Origin: Bacteroides fragilis
Lineage (GTDB): Bacteria; Pseudomonadota; Alphaproteobacteria; Rs-D84
Direction of reading: 5' to 3'
Length of the DNA: 57,699 bases
Assembly (NCBI GenBank): GCA_963630775.1
Contig: CAVGNU010000006.1
Span: forward strand, 1 to 57,699
Both the position numbers and the translations under genes were made by a program. Below are positions 36,884 through 45,027 of the stretch, in pieces. The number at the start of each line of letters is the position of its first letter. Position 1 is the first letter of the stretch. The notes under the pieces were generated by a model that was not told the origin of the DNA, did not search any database, and saw only the letters and a list, made by a program, of their open reading frames with translations.

Positions 36884-37066
36884 TGACACAGGGTGTTTCT
36901 GTGTCGGGGATTCAAGACCCCTGGAAACCAGCGTCCACGTGACGATAAAAGGAACTCCAACGCCTATTGCGGGTTGGAGGGCTGTGAATACATCGAATAA
37001 ACACGCTATAACTGGTTTTATAGTCTTGAACCTCCAACCACCTAAATTTTTTGGTGGTTTTCTTTT
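36884..37066 (+). promoter_or_regulatory. structured 5' leader, copy A, with antiterminator/terminator alternative
   Basis: Hairpins CACAG/CTGTG, CGGGG/CCCC(t)G, CGTC/GACG and CTCCAAC(36955-61)/GTTGGAG(36973-79). GGTTGGAGG (36972-80) is also perfectly complementary to CCTCCAACC (37031-39), which overlaps terminator AACCACC-taaatttttt-GGTGGTT-TTCTTTT. Confidence 0.7.
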
Positions 37067-37099
37067 GTTCGCGATACAGAAAAAAAAGGAGAGAACAAT

Positions 37100-37936
37100 A
37101 TGAAACCAATGAAAATAATTTGCACGCTTGCATTTTGCATGGGGATTTTGTCCGCGCCCGCATACGCCGCATCAACCTGCACAGCAACGCTGACTGATTC
37201 GACGACCAGTTCAACAACGTCAATCGAAAACTGTACAAATGGTGAAAAATACCGTTGGAAAAACAGCAGTGGTACATATGTAACGGTTGAATCATGCTTG
37301 GATTGCTCGAATGGTTATACATTGACCGAAGATGTTTCTTATTCACATTGCACAAATAAATTCACCCGTGGGGTATGCGCAAAAGTATGCACCGCCGAAA
37401 CCATAAAAGAAACCAGTATGCCCGATGGATGCACGGGTCGGACCGCATACGCCAAGAAATTTGGCGATACAGAGTATGTTGAATGTACAGAGTGTGCAGC
37501 CGGCTACAAGGAGGTTCAGAACACAATTTCGTCCAGCCAGTGCACCAACACCACCACCCAGTATGCGTGCGAGGTTGACCCCGACGCCGAATGTACGACA
37601 GACAGTGATTGCGACGAATACAGAGGCAAAACCCTGTATGGCCCCGATTCCAGCGGAGTAATTGGCGTGGGCGATGTGGTCTGGTGTTCTTCTGACGGTA
37701 CATGCGAGTATGATCTATACTATCAATGTGCCCGTGGCTACTATGGTGGCAGCGGTTATTCGTTGGGCAGCGTTACTTGTACTGCATGTCCATCCGAAGA
37801 TGGCGGCATTCCAACAACCACGAGTGGCACTGGTGCAATGGACATCACGGACTGCTATGCGCCAAAAGATATTGCAGGCAACGGTGTGATCGGTACATAT
37901 AGCTTTATGCAAGATTGTAAGTATTCCGATAACTAA
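37100..37936 (+). CDS. secreted Cys-rich repeat protein (paralog of 25392-26489)
   Basis: AAGGAGAG Shine-Dalgarno and signal peptide 'MKPMKIICTLAFCMGILSAPAYA'. Units 'CLDCSNGYTLT', 'CTECAAGYKEV' and 'CARGYYGG...CTACP', with C-terminus 'TDCYAP....CKYSDN'. Confidence 0.75.
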   Translation: MKPMKIICTLAFCMGILSAPAYAASTCTATLTDSTTSSTTSIENCTNGEKYRWKNSSGTYVTVESCLDCSNGYTLTEDVSYSHCTNKFTRGVCAKVCTAETIKETSMPDGCTGRTAYAKKFGDTEYVECTECAAGYKEVQNTISSSQCTNTTTQYACEVDPDAECTTDSDCDEYRGKTLYGPDSSGVIGVGDVVWCSSDGTCEYDLYYQCARGYYGGSGYSLGSVTCTACPSEDGGIPTTTSGTGAMDITDCYAPKDIAGNGVIGTYSFMQDCKYSDN

Positions 37937-37960
37937 AAACGCCCCGTTTGGGGCATTTTT
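37935..37960. terminator. bidirectional hairpin terminator
   Basis: AAAAACGCCCC-gttt-GGGGCATTTTT. Confidence 0.75.
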
Positions 37961-38204
37961 AACGTTGGCTTTCTGATAGATATTTCTGGGTCAATACGGC
38001 CCGTTTGGTGCGATGTGCCAACACCCTGAATTTGAACGCGCAATCCAGTAATTTGTCGGTCAGACCCACGCGATTCAATCTTGCTTCTTCGCGTTTTTCG
38101 GCCTGACGCAATTTTGCGGTACTGTATTCTTCCAATTTGCGACGCATATCGGGCGAAATCAAATCCACCGTGCGGTCTTGTATGATGATTTCATCTTTGT
38201 CCAT
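37959..38204 (-). CDS. hypothetical 81-aa charged/helical protein downstream of the VirB11-like ATPase
   Basis: ORF in the same orientation, 33 nt after the ATPase stop. No motif recognised. Confidence 0.45.
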   Translation of the reverse strand: MDKDEIIIQDRTVDLISPDMRRKLEEYSTAKLRQAEKREEARLNRVGLTDKLLDCAFKFRVLAHRTKRAVLTQKYLSESQR

Positions 38205-38237
38205 AATATTTTCCTTTTTTATTTTTGATTTTATTTT

Positions 38238-39197
38238 CTATACAACCTCGGTCACGGCGCGCAGTGCACCGTCACGCGACAGTTGTACAACACGAATTTT
38301 CTGTTTCATTTCGGCAATTAAATCCGTGCGGTTGTATGCGGGTTGTGTGTGCAAGATTCGGTCTGCAAATGCGGCGTATGCGGCATCGGCGGATTCAGCG
38401 TGAATGGTTGTGTAAAAATGATCGTGTCCCGTTCCCAACATTTCCCACAGTACCGCCGCATTGTCGGTTGAAATTTCGCCACCAATAATAACATCAGGCG
38501 TCATACGTACCACCAAATCCAGCAGACGGGCATAATTAAACTCGTTTGTCTGTTCCGTACGCGACAGAACAAAATGCACGCGGTTTGGTTGCGGCACGCG
38601 AATTTCGCGCGCATCTTCCACCGTAATCACACGACTGTTTTGGTCAATCAGTGTCAGCATGTGGTTCAAAAATGTTGTTTTACCGGTTGCGGTTGCGCCA
38701 CTGATTAAAATCGGGCTGCCATCATTTATGGCAGACATCAGACGGTCGTACGGATCATCGGGACGCACCTGTTCGCGTGGTTTAACCTTTAACAACTGTT
38801 GCCCACGCGCCAGATGATAGTTTGCAAATGATGTGTCGGATGCCCCCGTACCACGAATATTCAGTGCCACGCCCCCCGTGACATCGTTGTCGTCATATTG
38901 AACGTTTGGGCCCGCAATCGCGGTAAAGCGGTGACTGCCCGGCAGGGTTGCATACACCACCGGCACACCGTGAATTGGATCAAATGGTTGTTCATAAATG
39001 TTTGCCACCGTGTGAATTAAATCCACCAAGTATTGTTTTGATAACACCGGTGCGTCATATGCCACCCACGGTACGCGCGCCCCGTGCAGTCGCATCCACA
39101 CCTGGCCGGCGTGGTTGATGGCGATTTCCTCTACAAACGATGGGCGATAAAATTCCGCCAACGGTTTCAGCAAAGAATCCAGAACTACATTTGACAT
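38238..39197 (-). CDS. VirB11/TrbB-like secretion ATPase (orphan)
   Basis: Walker A 'ILISGATATGKTTFLN', Asp box 'RVITVEDAREI', Walker B 'PDVIIGGEI', His box 'GTGHDHFYTTIHAES' and N-terminal 'ATLPGSHRFTAIAGPNV...ALNIR', which is typical of VirB11. Confidence 0.75.
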   Translation of the reverse strand: MSNVVLDSLLKPLAEFYRPSFVEEIAINHAGQVWMRLHGARVPWVAYDAPVLSKQYLVDLIHTVANIYEQPFDPIHGVPVVYATLPGSHRFTAIAGPNVQYDDNDVTGGVALNIRGTGASDTSFANYHLARGQQLLKVKPREQVRPDDPYDRLMSAINDGSPILISGATATGKTTFLNHMLTLIDQNSRVITVEDAREIRVPQPNRVHFVLSRTEQTNEFNYARLLDLVVRMTPDVIIGGEISTDNAAVLWEMLGTGHDHFYTTIHAESADAAYAAFADRILHTQPAYNRTDLIAEMKQKIRVVQLSRDGALRAVTEVV

Positions 39198-39275
39198 TAT
39201 GTTTTGATTTTATCATAAATCCGTCCTTGAATCAAAAAGGATTATTTGATAAAATTAAAAAAACAAGAGAGATTG

Positions 39276-39842
39276 ATGATGAAAAAATCCTTGCTGTTTA
39301 TGATATGTGGTGCGTTGATTCTGGGCGGTTGCGCAACGGATTCTGACACCCCTTATAACGAGGCAGATTTTGCCCAAGGGGGCACGGACGCGCCATTGTA
39401 CAACGAACGTACCAGCACGTTTATGCAGTCGGACAATCAGTATTCTAACATTGATTCGTACAAACCAAAAACCGCCGAAGAGAAAGAAAAATCCGATAAC
39501 AAGTGGAACACATCGCGCATGAAAACCCGTTGGCAGGAATACAAGGGGGCAATGGTTCGCGTACAAATCTTGTTGGGAAACACCGATTTGCGTGAAATGC
39601 GCTTGCGCCTGATTCAGGACGCCGACGGCATGGATGTTGACGGCGACAGTCGCACCATCTTGGGTCAGGTTGCAGATTTCGAAATGAAGCGTGTTTGCGG
39701 CCGCAACGCGGACAGCATTGTTATGGTGTATGACCGTCCATCGTTTGATGTGATGCGCCCGACACCGTTCTTTGATTACAGGATTGAGGCCGAGGGTGCA
39801 ACCATGCGCGAATACGGTTTCAGATGTGTTTATAATAAATAA
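39276..39842 (+). CDS. hypothetical lipoprotein
   Basis: Lipobox 'LILGGC' after 'MMKKSLLFMICGA'. No further motif recognised. Confidence 0.6.
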   Translation: MMKKSLLFMICGALILGGCATDSDTPYNEADFAQGGTDAPLYNERTSTFMQSDNQYSNIDSYKPKTAEEKEKSDNKWNTSRMKTRWQEYKGAMVRVQILLGNTDLREMRLRLIQDADGMDVDGDSRTILGQVADFEMKRVCGRNADSIVMVYDRPSFDVMRPTPFFDYRIEAEGATMREYGFRCVYNK

Positions 39843-39861
39843 CTTAAAAAAGGGTGAACAT

Positions 39862-40194
39862 ATGAAAAAAATCATGACCGCAGTTATTGCCGCTGGGGCG
39901 TTTGCGCTGGGCGCATGCGACAGCAACGCAAACAATGTTGCAAAAAATGGTGACACCGTCGTTATCGACTTTGCTGGATTCAAAGATGGCGTTCAATTCC
40001 CAGGGGGCACGGCGACGGGCTATAAATTGACACTGGGCAGCAACACATTCGTCCCAGGATTCGAAGAACAAGTTGTTGGTATGGCGCGTGGCGAAACCCG
40101 TGATATCAATATCACATTCCCAACGAATTATTACCCAGAATTGGCGGGCCAAGACGTTGTGTTCAAGGTCACCGTCCAAGATATCATTAAATAA
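39862..40194 (+). CDS. lipoprotein consisting of a trigger-factor-type FKBP PPIase domain
   Basis: Lipobox 'FALGAC'. 'GDTVVIDFAGFKDGVQFPGGTATGYKLTLGSNTFVPGFEEQVVGMARGETRDINITFPTNYYPELAGQDVVFKVTV' follows the trigger-factor PPIase-domain pattern almost residue for residue. Confidence 0.75.
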   Translation: MKKIMTAVIAAGAFALGACDSNANNVAKNGDTVVIDFAGFKDGVQFPGGTATGYKLTLGSNTFVPGFEEQVVGMARGETRDINITFPTNYYPELAGQDVVFKVTVQDIIK

Positions 40195-40196
40195 AA

Positions 40197-40221
40197 CCAA
40201 CGGGGCATCGCCCCGTTTTTT
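40197..40221 (+). terminator. Rho-independent terminator
   Basis: AACGGGGC-atc-GCCCCGTT followed by TTTT. Confidence 0.75.
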
Positions 40222-40222
40222 A

Positions 40223-40600
40223 TTCCCCTCTTCGGGCCCCGCAAAATTGGTAAATTTTGTGGGTGATTTCGCGGAGGGGTATCCGCGTAGCGGACGGGGA
40301 GGGTTACTGATTAGTGATAAAGTGAATAAGTGATAGAGTGATGTAGTTTGATGTGCGCCGGATGGCGCACTCCTTTCTTGTCATTCCTGCGCAGGCAGGA
40401 ATAGGGTCTAAACAGTGCGAGCATAGCGAGCAAAATAAAAGACCACTCCGTCGCATTCGCGCCACCCCTCCACCGGAGGGGAACTTGCTACGTTTTTGTC
40501 GCGGGCTAAGTTCTCCTCCATCGGGCCCCGCAAAATTGGTAAATTTTGTGGGTGATTCCTTGGAGGAGTACCGCGTAGCGGGGAGGTGGCCTTTCGGTGC
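40223..40600. repeat. nest of palindromic intergenic repeats bounded by a perfect 37-bp direct repeat
   Basis: TCGGGCCCCGCAAAATTGGTAAATTTTGTGGGTGATT occurs at 40232-40268 and 40521-40557. The interior carries units shared with 30.97 kb and 57.6 kb. Confidence 0.85.
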
Positions 40601-40711
40601 TTGCAAAACGCACATTATAGAAACTTAGCATATGTCGCCTGCGGGTGCGCATATACTTTTCCCTTGAATATTTTCCTGTAATCCTGAAAAATGTGGGCAA
40701 AAGAGGTATTT

Positions 40712-41656
40712 ATGTCCGATTTTATCATCAGCAGTGCACAGAAAAAGTGGACGAAAATCGTAACATTTTGGATGCCAATCAAAATTTATCGCAAAAAATT
40801 GCGTGGTATTCTAACCATGGGGGTTGGTAATTATATTCGCGCGGTGCGTCATGAACGCAAGGCAAAATTCGCACACGAATTGGCGGTCTTGGCTGTTATG
40901 AAGGACGAGGGGGCATACCTGAAAGAATGGCTGGATTTCCATATCTTGGCGGGCGTTGAAAAATTCTATCTGTACGACAATGAATCAACAGACAACACGA
41001 CCGAAATTTTGAAACCATACATTGAACGCGGAATTGTGGAATATAAATACTGGCCCGGTCGTGCCCAACAGAATCCCGTGTATTGGGACGGCCTGAACCG
41101 GCACAAGAATGACGCGCGCTGGATTGCGGTTATTGATTTAGACGAATTTGTCGTGCCGGTGCAAAATAAAACGATAACAGAATTTCTGCACACGTTACCG
41201 TCGTGCGCACGCGAATTGGTTATGACGTGGGTGATGTACGGTTCGTCGGGGCATGTGCATAAACCAGATGGCTTGGTTATCGAAAACTTTCGTTGTCATG
41301 CCGACCGCACACGTCCGGCTGGTTGCAAATCAATTGTGAATCCACGCTTTATCACACGTTGGGCAAATCCGCATATCAACGAAGTTGCCGGATTCATTGT
41401 TGATGAAAATGGTCGAAAATTGGGGCGTATTGACCAGACAAATCTACCCCCCCCCCCCTATGAAAAAATCCGCTGTAATCATTATGTTACGAAAAGTTTC
41501 GATGAATATATGTCGCGTGGCACACGTATGGCGGTGTCGGGTCGTATTGCGCCGCATCGTACGCCTGAACGTTTTCGGTTGAATGACACGAACGATATTT
41601 GCGACCCAATAATGGACGAATGGGCCGCCCGCGTCAAAGCATTCAAATTGAAATAA
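40712..41656 (+). CDS. GT92/DUF23-like glycosyltransferase with internal poly-C tract
   Basis: AAGAGG Shine-Dalgarno. 'LAVLAVMKDEGAYLKEWLDFHILAGVEKFYLYDNESTDNTTEILKPYIERGIVEY' and 'IAVIDLDEF' (DxD) are typical. Confidence 0.75.
   Translation: MSDFIISSAQKKWTKIVTFWMPIKIYRKKLRGILTMGVGNYIRAVRHERKAKFAHELAVLAVMKDEGAYLKEWLDFHILAGVEKFYLYDNESTDNTTEILKPYIERGIVEYKYWPGRAQQNPVYWDGLNRHKNDARWIAVIDLDEFVVPVQNKTITEFLHTLPSCARELVMTWVMYGSSGHVHKPDGLVIENFRCHADRTRPAGCKSIVNPRFITRWANPHINEVAGFIVDENGRKLGRIDQTNLPPPPYEKIRCNHYVTKSFDEYMSRGTRMAVSGRIAPHRTPERFRLNDTNDICDPIMDEWAARVKAFKLK
41447..41458 (+). repeat. homopolymeric C12 tract inside the glycosyltransferase ORF
   Basis: Twelve consecutive C read as CCC CCC CCC CCC (LPPPPY) in the in-frame state. 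Confidence 0.95.
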
Positions 41657-41727
41657 CATCGAAACGCGTGGCAATCCTGTGAATAAACACGCGCGCCGTT
41701 CGGCGCGCTATCTCTTATCTATGCTCT

Positions 41728-41753
41728 AAAAAATGCCCCAATGGGGCATTTTT
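41728..41753. terminator. bidirectional hairpin terminator
   Basis: AAAAAATGCCCC-aa-TGGGGCATTTTT. Confidence 0.75.
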
Positions 41754-42576
41754 ATTCCACAGCAACGATGAATATTTTTGCGTCATTTGCGGCGCGGATT
41801 GTGGCCTCTTTATCAACCACAAAACATGTTTTTGCGTTCACAATAATCCCGCGCAAGTGCGCCGCCGCAACCGCACGTACGGTATCAACGCCAATTGCCG
41901 GAATGTCGATACGTAAATCTTGCCCTGGTTTGGTCATCTTGGCAAAGACGCCACTGGCGCGGCGTTTATTCTTGCGCATATCGACAACGCGTTCCAGCAT
42001 TTTTGCCGTCCCCTCGGCTGCCTCGACCGCGATTACCTGTTTATCAACCACGACCGATGCACCAATATCGGCGGCACCGATGGTGTGCGAAACATCCACC
42101 GCGCGTTCAATGTCGCGCGCGTCGCGTGCGGTGGGCTTTGCCTTGGTTTTAACGCCCGCCGTTTCAAATGCCAGTTCTGGCGCGGCATCCTGTGCCGCGA
42201 CAATTTCAAATCCACGTTTTTCCAGTGCCTTGTTCAATGCAACCCCCATAGAATCATAACCCTTTTGATGTTTCATAATGCTGAACAGCATCCCGATTGA
42301 CCACCAATCCGGACGAATATCGGAAAAGTTCGGGTGACCCAGTGCCCCCACAAATGTCAGTTTGTGAATCCCGCGACGGCGAAATTCGCGAATTGCCGGC
42401 CACGCGCCGCCCAATCGCACCGTTAAATCAGGATTCAATTCGGGATTTACAAAATTCTTTAACCCTACGATATACACGTCCCAGCCATTACGGCGCAACG
42501 CATCGCGGGCAAAGAACGGCAAATCCAACGCGCCTGCAATCAGGGCGATTTTCTTATCTGTGCTTTTTTTCTTCAT
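41752..42576 (-). CDS. lpxI: UDP-2,3-diacylglucosamine pyrophosphatase LpxI (DUF1009)
   Basis: 'KIALIAGALDLP', 'GAADIGASVVVDKQVIAVEAAEGTAKML', 'VFAKMTKPGQDLRIDIPAIGVDTV'. Start set at MKKKSTD (42576). Confidence 0.8.
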   Translation of the reverse strand: MKKKSTDKKIALIAGALDLPFFARDALRRNGWDVYIVGLKNFVNPELNPDLTVRLGGAWPAIREFRRRGIHKLTFVGALGHPNFSDIRPDWWSIGMLFSIMKHQKGYDSMGVALNKALEKRGFEIVAAQDAAPELAFETAGVKTKAKPTARDARDIERAVDVSHTIGAADIGASVVVDKQVIAVEAAEGTAKMLERVVDMRKNKRRASGVFAKMTKPGQDLRIDIPAIGVDTVRAVAAAHLRGIIVNAKTCFVVDKEATIRAANDAKIFIVAVE

Positions 42577-42663
42577 GTCCAGAATCATACGCGCAAAAGG
42601 GGCTGGAATCAAGTTGCAATTTATGATAAAATTTCTGCATAATAAATAAACAGGCGAAAAAAC

Positions 42664-43434
42664 ATGAAACAGATTTCTTGGTTTGGGGTTCTGGCGGTGC
42701 TGATGCCGATGGCGTCCGGTGCGGCTGGGTACAGTGATACGGCATTCCAGCGCGAGGTTGAAACCGGACTGGATTTGGTTGGTGCGCGTGCAAACGTTGA
42801 TGTGTTGCCGGACACCGCCCCTGGGGAATTGGGCGCGGACGTGTACCAGACCGTTGGTGTGGCGGACAATGCCGATACCCAAATGTTTATTCCAACAACA
42901 ATGTATGTCCGTATGGGGGCGGGGCTGAATTTGGGCTTTGCCACCGATCAGGCGAAAATTGGCGATGAAAAGTTTGATGCCAGTGGCGGCTATGCAACCC
43001 AGATTGGTTTGGGCTGGAATTTATCATCGTATGTCCGGACAGAGGTTGACTTTCAATCCACAACGCTGAAATTTTCAGATGTTAAAAACATCACGGCGGA
43101 TTATCGTACGGTTGGCGCGATGTTGTATTTTGATTTTGCGCGCCGCTATGTCCAGACGGGTGATATCACGCGTCGCCGTACATTCGTGCCGTTTATGGGA
43201 CTGGGTGCGGGATTTGGTCAGTATGAATTTCAGGGGCGCGACGGCGCAGATGGCTTTGTTATTGCCGCACCGCGCGCCGCGTTGGGCTTTAATGTAATGT
43301 TGACTGATTTGATTGGTATTGATGTTATGTATCAATACAATATGATGATTGGTCATGGATTTGGTTGGGGTGTGCGTGATGGCGGTGTTGATAACGTCAG
43401 CAACGTTATGGCGTCATTCCGTGTAAACTTTTGA
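42664..43434 (+). CDS. outer-membrane beta-barrel protein (Omp25/OMP_b-brl-like)
   Basis: Signal peptide, alternating-hydrophobicity strands and a terminal 'ASFRVNF'. Confidence 0.7.
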   Translation: MKQISWFGVLAVLMPMASGAAGYSDTAFQREVETGLDLVGARANVDVLPDTAPGELGADVYQTVGVADNADTQMFIPTTMYVRMGAGLNLGFATDQAKIGDEKFDASGGYATQIGLGWNLSSYVRTEVDFQSTTLKFSDVKNITADYRTVGAMLYFDFARRYVQTGDITRRRTFVPFMGLGAGFGQYEFQGRDGADGFVIAAPRAALGFNVMLTDLIGIDVMYQYNMMIGHGFGWGVRDGGVDNVSNVMASFRVNF

Positions 43435-43448
43435 TGGGGGCATGTAAA

Positions 43449-44096
43449 ATGAAATATGGATTCTTGTTTGGTCTGGTGGGTTTAATGCCGGCGGTTGCAT
43501 CCGCGGCAATCCCGTATCGCGTGGAACAGGTCAAGACCCCCATCGCGGCAATCTCTGGCAATGATGACGAGGCATTTGCCCGCATGCACCGTTTCTATGT
43601 CGGGGGCATGTATGATTTTTCAATGTGGAACAGTTATACGTCCGATGACATGCTGCATGTGGCGGGCAAAAACACATCGTCGTTCGAGGCCGTTGCAGGC
43701 GTCCGAATCTTTGACACTTTTCGGGTCGAGGCGAACTATGTTCGCACCGCCGCCGAATGGGACGCGTTCAAATTGACGGGCAATACCGCATTTGTGAACG
43801 CAATATTTGATGCCCGTATCGACAGTATGTATCGCTTGTTCCATTCGCAGCGCATTGTGCCATACGTTGGTGCGGGTGCGGGTCTGTCGTGGAACAGTGG
43901 CGACGATATTCATCTGGATAAAAAAATCAGCCCAGTCGCTGCGGCATTGGCGGGCGTTGGTTTTGAACTGGGTGAATATTTCACGATTGATTTGGGCTAT
44001 CGTTATATGTATATGTTCAAACCAGAATTTGCCGGTTTGTCTGATTTTGCGCCAACCGCGCATCAGTTTCGTGCCGGTGTTCGTCTGAATTTCTGA
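43449..44096 (+). CDS. outer-membrane beta-barrel protein (Omp25/OMP_b-brl-like)
   Basis: Signal peptide 'MKYGFLFGLVGLMPAVASA' and terminal 'FRAGVRLNF'. In tandem with the previous barrel. Confidence 0.7.
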   Translation: MKYGFLFGLVGLMPAVASAAIPYRVEQVKTPIAAISGNDDEAFARMHRFYVGGMYDFSMWNSYTSDDMLHVAGKNTSSFEAVAGVRIFDTFRVEANYVRTAAEWDAFKLTGNTAFVNAIFDARIDSMYRLFHSQRIVPYVGAGAGLSWNSGDDIHLDKKISPVAAALAGVGFELGEYFTIDLGYRYMYMFKPEFAGLSDFAPTAHQFRAGVRLNF

Positions 44097-44102
44097 GAAT
44101 AA

Positions 44103-45026
44103 ATGCAAAAGTGTCCGTTTTTTGGTATTTGTGGTGGTTGCAAATTTGATTTTGCCGCAGCCGATTATCACGACCAGAAAATGGCACTGTTGCGTGATTT
44201 GCCGATTACTGGCGATGCCGTATGGACGCCAGTGGGATTGCGCCGTCGTGCCGATTTTGCATTCGCAGGCGGCCGTTTTGGGTTCTTTGCCTCACATTCC
44301 AAGGATATTGTGCCTGTGCGCACATGCCCGAATTTAGTGCCCGAAATAAATGATATTTTGCCAGCCGTGGCGGCATTACCATGGACGGCGGCGGGCGCAT
44401 GTCTGATTACATCGTGCGACAACGGCATTGATATTGCAATATCATCAAATGTTCCGTACTTTACGGCGGAATTTCGCGATGCGGTAGTAAAAATCCCCGC
44501 AATTCGTATTACGTGGAATGACCGTACAATACGGCAAACCGACGCGCCCCAGGTGAAATTTTCAGGGCGCGCCGTTGCATACCCGCCGGCGGCATTCTTG
44601 CAACCAACGGTGGCCAGTGCGGACGCATTGCGCAATATGGTTGTTGCGGCGGCATCCGGCGCACATCACATCGCAGATTTGTTTTGTGGTCTGGGGAACT
44701 TTACATTTGCCCTGAATGCCGACGGTTTTGATATTGTTGGCACGGGCGTAAAGCGTGATTTATTTACGCATCCGCTGACGGTTGGTATGTTGCGCGCGTA
44801 CGATTGTGTCGTTATGGATCCGCCACGCGCAGGCGCATTGGCACAGTGCAAAGAATTGGTTAAATCAACCACGTCCCGCGTAATATATGTATCGTGCAAC
44901 CCACAAACATTTATGCGTGATGCGCGGGTGTTGACCGCGGGCGGCTATAAAATTCAGCAACTGATTCCCGTTGACCAATTTGTGGGCAGTGACCATTGGG
45001 AACTGTTTGCCGTATTTGAAAAATAA
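44103..45026 (+). CDS. RumA/TrmA-family RNA (uracil-5-)-methyltransferase
   Basis: N-terminal Fe-S Cys cluster 'CPFFGICGGC', SAM motif 'DLFCGLGNF', 'MDPPRAG', 'YVSCNPQT' and 'DQFVGSDHWE'. Confidence 0.8.
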   Translation: MQKCPFFGICGGCKFDFAAADYHDQKMALLRDLPITGDAVWTPVGLRRRADFAFAGGRFGFFASHSKDIVPVRTCPNLVPEINDILPAVAALPWTAAGACLITSCDNGIDIAISSNVPYFTAEFRDAVVKIPAIRITWNDRTIRQTDAPQVKFSGRAVAYPPAAFLQPTVASADALRNMVVAAASGAHHIADLFCGLGNFTFALNADGFDIVGTGVKRDLFTHPLTVGMLRAYDCVVMDPPRAGALAQCKELVKSTTSRVIYVSCNPQTFMRDARVLTAGGYKIQQLIPVDQFVGSDHWELFAVFEK

Positions 45027-45027
45027 G

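Noticed and set aside
36883..36888. A perfect TTGACA hexamer inside leader copy A, considered as the -35 box.
   Set aside because: No acceptable -10 box follows at 16-18 nt. It also overlaps hairpin P1, which is conserved in position relative to the better-placed -10 boxes of copies B and C.
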